The notes under the pieces were generated by a model. That model saw only the letters and a list, made by a program, of their open reading frames with translations. It had not been told where the DNA came from and did no database searches. 59,653 nucleotides of DNA from an uncultured Dehalococcoidia bacterium (GTDB taxonomy: Bacteria > Chloroflexota > Dehalococcoidia > Lucifugimonadales > CAZENU01), in the NCBI GenBank assembly GCA_964513735.1, contig CAZENU010000007.1:1-59653 (forward strand), given 5' to 3'. A program made the position numbers and the translations under genes. This document shows, one piece after another, positions 28,483-36,900 of the stretch (positions within the stretch are counted from its first letter, which is position 1; each line of letters opens with the position of its first letter).

Positions 28483-30051
28483 ATGTATGACCTGCTGATC
28501 ACAGGGGGACTGATACTCGACGGTAGTGCCAACCCTGGCATCTACGCGGCCGTCGGCGTCGAAGGCGACACCATTCGCATCCTTCGCGGCGACTTCTCCG
28601 AGGCCAAGGCCGCCCGAGTGATCGACGCAACCGGGAGAGTCGTCTGCCCGGGCTTCATCGACATCCACACCCACTCCGGCGTCATGCTCCTGGCCGAGCC
28701 TGAGCACATGGCCAAGGTGCACCAGGGAGTGACCACGGAGTTGGTCGGCGTCGACGGGCTGTCGTACGCGCCCTTCGACAGTCAGGAAGATCTACGGAGA
28801 CTTCTGAGGTTCAACGCCGGCATCGACGGCAACCCTCCGCTGCCCGGTACCTGGTCGACGGTCTCCGAGTACCTCGAAATGTTCGACCGCAATGTCGCGG
28901 TGAACGTCGCGTACATCGTCGGCAACACGCCGCTGCGGATTGGGGCCGTCGGGTGGAACAACGTAAGGGCCAGCCGTGAGCAGATGGAGACCATGAAGTC
29001 CATGCTTCGACAAAGCATGGACGAAGGCACCTTCGGGCTCTCCACCGGCCTCGACTATCCGCCCGGTAGCTACGCCGACCACGACGAGATCGTCGAACTG
29101 GCCGCCGAGGCAGGCAAGCAAGGCGGTTTCTATCACACCCACGCACGCTACACGCTGGGCGACAAGTACCTCGACCCGTACATCGACGCCATCGAGATCG
29201 CCCGTAAGGCCGACTGTCCGCTGCACATCACCCATATGTTCCGGCGGAAGACTCACAAGGGCGGCGCGAAACGCATGCTCGATCTGGTCGATGAGGCGGA
29301 CGTCTCGGGCATGGACATCTCGTTCGACAGCTTCCCATACCCCGGCGGGGGTAGTCGCATCCTGGTCTACTTCCCCCAGTGGGCGCAGGAAGGCGGCCCC
29401 GACGGCGTACTTGAAACGCTGAGCTCTACCGAACAGAGGGACCGGCTGAAGAGAGAGTGGGACCCTCGGGGCGGCAACTGGGATGCGCTGTGGCTGACCT
29501 ACTTCAAGACCGAGGCTAACCAACGTTACGAGGGGTGGTCGGTGGCCGAGGTCGCCGAGGACCGGGATATACACCCGCTGGACGCCATCTGCGATCTGCT
29601 GCTGGAAGAGGACCTCCAAGTCTCGTACCACGGCACGTTTATCGACTCCGCTGCGCTGGCCGACTTCCAGACGCACCCGCTGAACATGGTCGCCAGCGAC
29701 GCCATGCTCGTAGGCGACCATCCCTCCACGATGGCATACGGCACCTATCCGCAGGTCCTGGGCGATATGGTAAGGGAGGAGCGGCGGATGTCTCTGCCAG
29801 AGGCCATCCGGAAGATGACTTCATACCCGGCACAGCGCCTTGGCCTCTCCGACCGAGGCCTGCTCGTCGAAGGCTCAAAGGCGGATGTCGTCGTGTTCGA
29901 TCCGGAAACGGTCCAGGCGAACACCACAGACGCCGAGCCCAGACAGTTCTCCACGGGGATCGATTACGTGATCGTCAATGGCGAGATCGTTATAGATCAG
30001 GGCGAGCACACCGGCGCACTTCCGGGTCGGGCTCTCCGACACCGAGGTTAG
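28483..30051 (+). CDS. N-acyl-D-amino-acid deacylase (amidohydrolase family), paralogue 1
   Basis: PGFIDIHTHS, QGVTTE, GLSTGLDYPPG, YGTYP, AIRKMTS.PA and ADVVVFD. Confidence 0.92.
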   Translation: MYDLLITGGLILDGSANPGIYAAVGVEGDTIRILRGDFSEAKAARVIDATGRVVCPGFIDIHTHSGVMLLAEPEHMAKVHQGVTTELVGVDGLSYAPFDSQEDLRRLLRFNAGIDGNPPLPGTWSTVSEYLEMFDRNVAVNVAYIVGNTPLRIGAVGWNNVRASREQMETMKSMLRQSMDEGTFGLSTGLDYPPGSYADHDEIVELAAEAGKQGGFYHTHARYTLGDKYLDPYIDAIEIARKADCPLHITHMFRRKTHKGGAKRMLDLVDEADVSGMDISFDSFPYPGGGSRILVYFPQWAQEGGPDGVLETLSSTEQRDRLKREWDPRGGNWDALWLTYFKTEANQRYEGWSVAEVAEDRDIHPLDAICDLLLEEDLQVSYHGTFIDSAALADFQTHPLNMVASDAMLVGDHPSTMAYGTYPQVLGDMVREERRMSLPEAIRKMTSYPAQRLGLSDRGLLVEGSKADVVVFDPETVQANTTDAEPRQFSTGIDYVIVNGEIVIDQGEHTGALPGRALRHRG

Positions 30052-30303
30052 AGTGGCGGGCCGTCGCTTAGCCTGCCGGTGCGGGGGCTTCTGCCGTTGC
30101 CGCAATTGATGTCAAGCGAGGCTCGTGACGGTCACTGGACAGCCGTTCGGCGATATTTTCGCAAACGTCTCTCGCCAGGTTATATCGCTCGGCGGCCTGT
30201 TCTGACGGCGAGGCCCCAACCTGGGTTGGTGCCGTAGTCGACGCTGACCCTTCTTTCTTCCCGATCCGCCACAGCGCTGCTCAGCAGTGGCCTGCGCCCC
30301 AGG

Positions 30304-30999
30304 CTACAGCCTACCCGCCAGCCACTGGATGCCGCGGACGACCACGGTGCGGAACTCGGGAGTGTTGTACGCGATACGGCTGTGGCCGCCGGTGTAGACC
30401 ATTACACGAGAACGACCATGCTGCCGCGTCCAGCCCAGCGTAGTCATGCTGTGGGGGTCGTCTGTGGTTAGCAACGGCTCGCAGTCCTCGCCCGGCTCGT
30501 TCATCATATAGGTCTCGTCGACCATCTCCCACGGCTCCATCTCCTTGGTGATGGGATGGTCGGGATTGGCAGGTGTGATGGTGATCGGGTGCTCCCGCTC
30601 CGAATTCGAGCTTCTATCGTCGATCCCGCAGATGTCCGACCAGGGCTGCCATCCCTTGTACGCAAGGACGGCGTGGTGCAGCATCAGGATCCCCTGCGAG
30701 GTCTCGCCCAGCAGGTTGATGACCTCGATCTCGCGCTTCTGGAACCTCTCCTCGGGGTCAGGATGGCTACGCTGCATGTTGTAGAAGACCAGGACGTCGT
30801 AGTCCAGATGGGGGTGCCCCCAGAACGTCTCTCGGTTGACGTGGCGGGCGCTGCCGATGTCGTTTACAAAATCCTCCATGTGCTGCGGGTAGCAGTCGAC
30901 CTCGCCGATGCTGCGGAAGAAGCGCTGCAGGTCCTGCACTACGAACGGGTGCTGGCCTGTTATCAGGGCGATCTTGATTTTGCCATTCCAGTCGGTCAT
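30304..30999 (-). CDS. ThuA-like (class I glutamine amidotransferase fold) protein
   Basis: ITGQHPF, YDVLVFYN, GILMLHH, HPIT, DETY and GRSRVMVYTGGH. Confidence 0.85.
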   Translation of the reverse strand: MTDWNGKIKIALITGQHPFVVQDLQRFFRSIGEVDCYPQHMEDFVNDIGSARHVNRETFWGHPHLDYDVLVFYNMQRSHPDPEERFQKREIEVINLLGETSQGILMLHHAVLAYKGWQPWSDICGIDDRSSNSEREHPITITPANPDHPITKEMEPWEMVDETYMMNEPGEDCEPLLTTDDPHSMTTLGWTRQHGRSRVMVYTGGHSRIAYNTPEFRTVVVRGIQWLAGRL

Positions 31000-31022
31000 C
31001 TGATCCTCCAAATCAAAAGATC

Positions 31023-31081
31023 ACCACAGAGTACACGGCGGTCTGGACACATTCATCTTACGTATCTGTGATCTCTGTGGT
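31023..31081. repeat. ACCACAGAG...CTCTGTGGT inverted-repeat element, copy 1
   Basis: 9-bp terminal inverted repeats; other copies at 40471 and 49764. Confidence 0.7.
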
Positions 31082-31983
31082 TAGGTCCGGCCTCGCCAGC
31101 CGCTGCCCAGCTCGTCGAAGCGGCGGTGGAGCTCCGCCACCAGCGCGTCGGACAGAGAGACTCCGCCCTCGACCATCTCCATGTTTGAACACAGGTGGTC
31201 GAGGTTGGTGGTCCCCACGATTGCCGTGTCGACCTCTGGGTGGGCCAGCACGAACCCCATCGCCAGCCGTATCGGATCGTCGGGGGCGTCCGCCAGAGGT
31301 CCCAGGGCGGCCATCTCTCCAGCCCGCTGTACATACTCGTCGGGCGCGGCCGCCGTCGTTACAGCGCCCCATACGGTGTTGCCGATGGGCCGTTTGATTA
31401 TCACGCCCATGCCCACCTCCTCGGCGGGCTCCAACAGACGCACCCTCGAGGACTGGTCGACTATGTTGAGGCTGGCCTGGAGGGTGTCGAAAACCCCGCT
31501 GGCGATGGCCCACTCGGCGGCCTCGTTGTCTCCGCTGTAGCCTATGAAGCGCGTCTTGCCCTGCTCCTTGGCCCTGATCAATCCGTCGATGGCGTCCCGG
31601 GTGCGGAGGGTTTCCACGTCGCACGTGTGGAGCTGCACCAGGTCCAGGTGGTCGGTCTTGAGCCGCCTCAGGCTTCGCTCGACATTCTGCGCGACGAGCT
31701 CGGCGGTCCAGGGCTCGGCGGTCGCGCCATCGGTCAGGTGGCCGCACTTGGTGGCGAGGACGTACTCGTCGCGGCGGTGCGCAACGGTGTTGCCGATCAG
31801 CTCCTCGGAGTTCCCGTAGCACGCGGCGGTATCAAGAAAGTTGATGCCGGAGTCGATGGCGGCGTTGAGAAGCCGGCCCGCCTGGGCCTCCCCATCGGCA
31901 CCTTGAAGCGAGCCGATCTCGGCCAGCCCGAACCCCAGCCGGCTGACTTCCAGTCCTGTCCTACCCAGCGCGGTCGTATTCAT
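31081..31983 (-). CDS. Aldo/keto reductase
   Basis: LGRTGLEVSRLGFG, DTAACYG.SEE, ATKCG and SLRRLKTDHLDLVQLH. Confidence 0.93.
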   Translation of the reverse strand: MNTTALGRTGLEVSRLGFGLAEIGSLQGADGEAQAGRLLNAAIDSGINFLDTAACYGNSEELIGNTVAHRRDEYVLATKCGHLTDGATAEPWTAELVAQNVERSLRRLKTDHLDLVQLHTCDVETLRTRDAIDGLIRAKEQGKTRFIGYSGDNEAAEWAIASGVFDTLQASLNIVDQSSRVRLLEPAEEVGMGVIIKRPIGNTVWGAVTTAAAPDEYVQRAGEMAALGPLADAPDDPIRLAMGFVLAHPEVDTAIVGTTNLDHLCSNMEMVEGGVSLSDALVAELHRRFDELGSGWRGRT

Positions 31984-32096
31984 TGCCTGATTGCCCTCTG
32001 AGTAGATGGCGAATATCGGTGTCGGCCAGCCCGGCACTTAGTGGTGAGAGTCAGCCACGATTCGCAAGAAGGTGCGTTGGACCTGCCCTGCCGGTA

Positions 32097-32650
32097 TCAG
32101 AACTTTCGCTTTTGTACGTACTCGCCCTGCAACTCACCCCCGGCGAGAACATGACCTTCGATGGCTCGAAGCAGGTCTTCTGTGGTGGCGCCCGAGCCGA
32201 GGTCGAGCTCAATATCCAGGGCGTATATCTTGAAGTAAAACAGATCGGGGCCTCTCATCATCGGTATGCCCTCCATTGGCACTAACTCCCGGCAACGGGG
32301 ATTTGCCCCTCTCAGACCCTGCCAGGTCTCGTCCTCACGGTGTGGAGTGTAATCATGCCTTCGACCGGCGTCAACGACACGTCCGCGGGCCAGGGAGATG
32401 AACAATCCGCCCCGGGCGGCAGCATAACAGCAAAACCATTAGAGCACAGCAAGATGGATGGTGGTTTCCTGGCCATGGCGTGGACTAGAATTAGCGGAGC
32501 CATCGTGCGCTCGCCGGCGACGCAACTCCCATCCCAAGTAGAGCACGGAGATGAAAGCACGGAGGCCCACGGGAGAAGCCGGTACCCTGGCAACGGGGCT
32601 GTCCCCTGTACTCCCCATGCGAGCTTCCGACGGCACAGGCTTTCGCCCCC
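32097..32650 (-). pseudogene. Decayed YbhB/YbcL (PEBP) family gene, 3' part recognisable
   Basis: FYFKIYALDIELDL..ATTEDLLRAIEGHVLAGGELQGEY matches the C-terminus of the 51835 gene; the 5' part is scrambled. Confidence 0.7.
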
Positions 32651-32701
32651 AATACGTTATTGCACGCATGTCGGAGCATTATCGAGGAGCTAAGGTAGTC
32701 C

Positions 32702-33205
32702 GTGATACGTAGCTTGAAAGACAAAACACCCCGGATTCACGCGTCGGCGTTCGTCAGCGAAGCGGCGTACGTCGTCGCAGACGTGGAGATCGGCGAGGAC
32801 TCCACGGTGTGGCCGTGCGCCGTACTGCGCGGCGACGGCAAAATCAGGGTGGGCCGCGATACCCACGTCCAGGACGGCACCATAGTCCACAGCGGCACGC
32901 TCGCCGACATCGGCAGCCACGTCAACATCGGCCACTCGGTCGTGATCCACGACGTGACGATCGGCGACCGCTGCCTCATAGGCAACAACGCCACGATACT
33001 GTCGGAGGTCGAGATAGGCGACCACTGCATAGTAGGCGCCAATGCGATGGTGCGGGAGGGGACAAAGGTACCGCCCTACTCGTTCGTGGCCGGGGTGCCA
33101 GCGGAGATGCGCCCTCTGAGCGACGTCCAGCGGCAGCGACTCGAACGTGGGGTTACCCGCGGGTTGGTAGAGCTGGGCCGGCAGTACCGCGAGGCGGGGC
33201 TGTAG
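32702..33205 (+). CDS. Gamma carbonic anhydrase family hexapeptide-repeat protein
   Basis: AVLRGD, VQDGTIVH, IGHSVVIH (three His) and GVPA. Confidence 0.92.
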   Translation: MIRSLKDKTPRIHASAFVSEAAYVVADVEIGEDSTVWPCAVLRGDGKIRVGRDTHVQDGTIVHSGTLADIGSHVNIGHSVVIHDVTIGDRCLIGNNATILSEVEIGDHCIVGANAMVREGTKVPPYSFVAGVPAEMRPLSDVQRQRLERGVTRGLVELGRQYREAGL

Positions 33206-33348
33206 CGACCGAAGGCGCGGATGCTCTAGCGGGTATCTGCAGAGTCGGGCATCAGCGCCAGCCGGGGGATGTTCCAAAGGGCGCGAAGTCCGGCATTGAC
33301 GCGCTCGGCGACGGACACGTCGAGGGGCGCCGGATCGTGCCGCCGCGA

Positions 33349-34953
33349 TCAGTCTCCCCTGCGGAGCACCCTGCCCGGTCGGGCGCCGGTGTGAACGCCG
33401 TCCGAGACGACCGCCTCGCCGTTGACGAGCACGTGGGCAACTCCATCGGCCAAGTTGTGAGGGTCCTCGAACGTCGAGCAGTCTATGACAGTGTCGGGGT
33501 CGAAGACCACTAAGTCGGCCACGAGACCCTCCTCGACCCGGCCCCGGTCGCGGATCCCCACGCGCGCCGCGGGGAAGCCGCTCATCTTGTACACCGCCGT
33601 CTCCAGGGAGACCACGGGCTCGTCGCGGACGTACCTGCCCAGAATGCGAGGGTAGGTGCCGTAGAACCGCGGGTGAGGCATGTCGACGGACCAGCGGCCG
33701 GTAGGCGAGATAGCCATGCCATCGGAGCCTATCATCGACTGAGGGTGTGCCAGGAAGACGCGCATGTCGGCCTCGGTGCGGTTGTGGGCGACCACGCCGG
33801 CGTGGTTGTCCTCCTCGTCTATCAGGTCGAGCAGCGTGTCCATGGGATCGGCCCCGCGCAGCTCGGCTACCCTGGCCAGGGACAGCCCTACCAGACCGCG
33901 GTTGGCGTCGGTGAAGACGTGGGAGAGCACCAAGCTGTCCCAGTCCCAGGGCAGGCCACGGAACCAGCCTCCCTCCATCTCACACCGGGCCCGCTGACGC
34001 AGGTCTGGCTGGCGCAAGCGCATTAGCAGCCCGTCCACGCCACCCTCGCTCATCCAGTCCGGGATGAGGGCCGCGAGGCTCGTGCCCGCGGCGGCGTAGG
34101 GATAGACGTCCGCGGTGGCGTCGATGTCCTCGGCGCGCGCCCGGTCGACAATGCCGATCATCTCCTCCGCGCGGCCGTGATGCCGCGGGTCGATGATGGC
34201 TAGGTGGGAGTAGTGGACCCCGATACCGGATCGGCGCCCGACCTCGACGAGCTCCTCCATCGCCTTGAAGTGCCAGCCCGCCCAGACCCGGGCGTGGGAG
34301 GCGTAGAAGGCGCCCTCGTATCCCTTGATGGCGTCAACCAGGGCGACGATCTCGTCCACGTCGGCGAAGCACGATGGAGAGTAGGTCAGACCGGTGGTCA
34401 TCCCAAATGCGCCCTGCTCGACGGCCTCGGCCGCCAGCCGCTTCATGCCTGTAAGCTGATCCGGCGTCGGCGGCCGGTCGTCGACGGTGCCCACCGAGAT
34501 CCGGAGGGCGGAGTGCCCCACGAGAGGCGCGAGGTTGATGCTCACGCCCCTGGACTCCACGCAGTCCGCCCAGCCGTCCAGGGTCGTCCAGTCCCATTCG
34601 TCGCCGCCGCGAAGGGTAGAGCCCAGCGCCCGCTGGAGGCCGGCCGGCCCGGCGTCGCCACAGGGGAACGGCGAGTAGGCGCAGTTGCCGGTGACCTCGG
34701 TGGTGACGCCCTGGTGCACCTTGCTCTCGCCGCCGGGGTCCTCCAGTAGGGTCACGTCCGAGTGGCTGTGGGCGTCTATGAAGCCCGGCGCCACCACGTG
34801 CCCTGAGGCGTCGATGCGCCGTGCCGCCTGCTGTCCGGCCAGGTCGCCGATGGCAGCGATGCGGCCGCGGGAGATGCCGACGTTGGCCCGCCTCGCGGGC
34901 CCGCCGGTGCCGTCCACTACGGTGCCATTCACGATCAGAGTGTCGAAGTCCAT
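33349..34953 (-). CDS. N-acyl-D-amino-acid deacylase, paralogue 2
   Basis: PGFIDAHSHSD, QGVTTEVTGNC, DVYPY, IGSDG and HPRFYGTYPR. Confidence 0.93.
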   Translation of the reverse strand: MDFDTLIVNGTVVDGTGGPARRANVGISRGRIAAIGDLAGQQAARRIDASGHVVAPGFIDAHSHSDVTLLEDPGGESKVHQGVTTEVTGNCAYSPFPCGDAGPAGLQRALGSTLRGGDEWDWTTLDGWADCVESRGVSINLAPLVGHSALRISVGTVDDRPPTPDQLTGMKRLAAEAVEQGAFGMTTGLTYSPSCFADVDEIVALVDAIKGYEGAFYASHARVWAGWHFKAMEELVEVGRRSGIGVHYSHLAIIDPRHHGRAEEMIGIVDRARAEDIDATADVYPYAAAGTSLAALIPDWMSEGGVDGLLMRLRQPDLRQRARCEMEGGWFRGLPWDWDSLVLSHVFTDANRGLVGLSLARVAELRGADPMDTLLDLIDEEDNHAGVVAHNRTEADMRVFLAHPQSMIGSDGMAISPTGRWSVDMPHPRFYGTYPRILGRYVRDEPVVSLETAVYKMSGFPAARVGIRDRGRVEEGLVADLVVFDPDTVIDCSTFEDPHNLADGVAHVLVNGEAVVSDGVHTGARPGRVLRRGD

Positions 34954-35115
34954 CGATGCCTCCGCCAGAGTGGCCGTTTGGGTGGACAGGGCGGCCGTCG
35001 CCGTATACTCTCACATGCGTTGGCGATGTCAAGCTGACTGCCGGCGCATCCGGCAAGGACCACTCTTGCCCTGGCCTCTCCACCTAAGGAGAGGAGTAGA
35101 GGGCCAACGAGGAGC

Positions 35116-36630
35116 GTGATGACAGAGCTACTCGACGCCGGCAGGTACAGACAACTGTTTCTGGACAACCACGCCATCGAGTCGACGTCGGGCGTCGTTC
35201 GACGGCTGCACCAGCCGGACAGGCACGGCCCGGTGCTGAAGGCCGACCGGTCGCGACAGCAGACCCTGGTGCAGAGCGCCAGCGTACCGCAGTGGAACCC
35301 GGAGAAGGACCTGTGGGAGTGGTGGTACCTGGTGTTCTACGACGCGGCGCCCTACCAGGGGCCTGGCTCTCCCGTCTGGGGGGACATCCACTACGCCACA
35401 TCGGTCGACGGCGTCGAGTGGGAGCGCCCGTCTCTAGGCCTGTACGACTGGAGGGGCTCTCGGGACAACAACCTGGCCTACCACTCCAGGGTCGACTTCC
35501 TCCGGCGGCGGGGGATGCGCAACCCCGTCGACATCGGCGAGCGGCGCCTGCACCATATCATCCGCGACGAGCGCGATCCCGATCCTCAGCGTCGTTACAA
35601 GGGCTTCTTCGCCAACGGCGATAATCAGCGGAGGTACCCCGGCCTGTCGCCAGACGGGTTCCACTGGACCTTCCCGTACGTACCCGGGATCCATAGCGAG
35701 GACACGTCACAGATTATCTACGACGACTACAACGACCGCTTCGCGGCGACGGTGAAGCAGCGCACCGAGTGGGGACGGTCGGCCTGGCTGTCGACCAGCG
35801 ACGACTTCGTCGAGTGGACCGAGCCAGTGCTCGTGCTGCACACCGACGAGATAGACCAAGCCAACCGGCGGGAGCGGGTGCGCAGGGTAGTCGAAGACCC
35901 GGCGTACCTGTCGCCGCCGCACGTCGACGAGGAGACCGACTTCATCGCACAGATCTATAAGATGCCGTTCATGCCCTACGAAGGCCAGTACGTAGGCTTC
36001 CCGCTGCTGTTCAACCCGGCCGGACTCGACGTGCCCCAGATGAACCACGTGGGTCTCAACCAGACCGAGCTTGCCGTATCGCGGGACCTGCACCACTGGG
36101 AACGCGTCGCGGACAGGGAGGTCTTCCTCGGTGTCGAGCCCTGGGACGGCGTCAACTACGGCACCTGCCAGGTGATCGTGTGCGGCCGGCCGATCGTCCG
36201 CGACGACGAGATATGGGTTTACAACACGGCCGTCCGGTTCCGCGGCGTCCCCGAGAGCTATGCGCCGGAATACCGGGAATACTTCAAGGACATGGGCGCT
36301 CTGGAGCTGGCCAAGCTAAGGCTCGACGGCTTCGTCTCGATGGACGCCGACGGCGAGGGCGTTATCGTCACGAAGCCTATGGAGGCGCGGGGCCAGGAGC
36401 TCTACGTCAACACCGAAGCCACCGACGGTCAGGTCCGCGCCGCCGTCCTGGACACGGAGTCTCTGGAGCCGCTGCCCGGCTTCGCGGCGTCGGACTGCGA
36501 CCCTGTCGGAGGAGACCATCTCGCCGCCAGACTGACGTGGCCGCAGGGCCCGCCGAACGCAGACCGGCCCGTGCGGCTGCGCTTCGAGCTCACCAACGCC
36601 AAACTCTACGCCTTCTGGCTCGCCGACTAG
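35116..36630 (+). CDS. Uncharacterised glycosidase-like beta-propeller protein, paralogue 2
   Basis: Same motif set as 17785..19236 (RQLFLD, SVDGVEWERPSLG, LRLDGFVSM, LYAFW). Confidence 0.75.
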   Translation: MMTELLDAGRYRQLFLDNHAIESTSGVVRRLHQPDRHGPVLKADRSRQQTLVQSASVPQWNPEKDLWEWWYLVFYDAAPYQGPGSPVWGDIHYATSVDGVEWERPSLGLYDWRGSRDNNLAYHSRVDFLRRRGMRNPVDIGERRLHHIIRDERDPDPQRRYKGFFANGDNQRRYPGLSPDGFHWTFPYVPGIHSEDTSQIIYDDYNDRFAATVKQRTEWGRSAWLSTSDDFVEWTEPVLVLHTDEIDQANRRERVRRVVEDPAYLSPPHVDEETDFIAQIYKMPFMPYEGQYVGFPLLFNPAGLDVPQMNHVGLNQTELAVSRDLHHWERVADREVFLGVEPWDGVNYGTCQVIVCGRPIVRDDEIWVYNTAVRFRGVPESYAPEYREYFKDMGALELAKLRLDGFVSMDADGEGVIVTKPMEARGQELYVNTEATDGQVRAAVLDTESLEPLPGFAASDCDPVGGDHLAARLTWPQGPPNADRPVRLRFELTNAKLYAFWLAD

Positions 36631-36641
36631 CCCCACTAAGA

Positions 36642-36688
36642 CCGTACACCCCGAGTGCCCCAATGTCGCACCGGGGTGTATCGAAGGG
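36642..36688. repeat. REP-like element (GGGGTGTATCGAxGGG family)
   Basis: CCGTACACCCCGAGTGCCCC...GGGGTGTATCGAAGGG; related to 13995-14048. Confidence 0.6.
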
Positions 36689-36900
36689 CCCGATCAACTG
36701 CATACACTCGGGCACCATAGCGGACGCTGACCCTATTCTAGAATTCGCCGCCATGCAAGCCCAATTCAGCGAGGTGCGTGACTTGGTGTCTCAGACAGTC
36801 GCCGTGGATCTGCCGCGGCGGTTTCGCCAATAGCCGACGTCGCACCCGCCTGTGATAGAATCAGCGTTAATTGTCACGACTCCACGGAGGTAGCTCCCGC

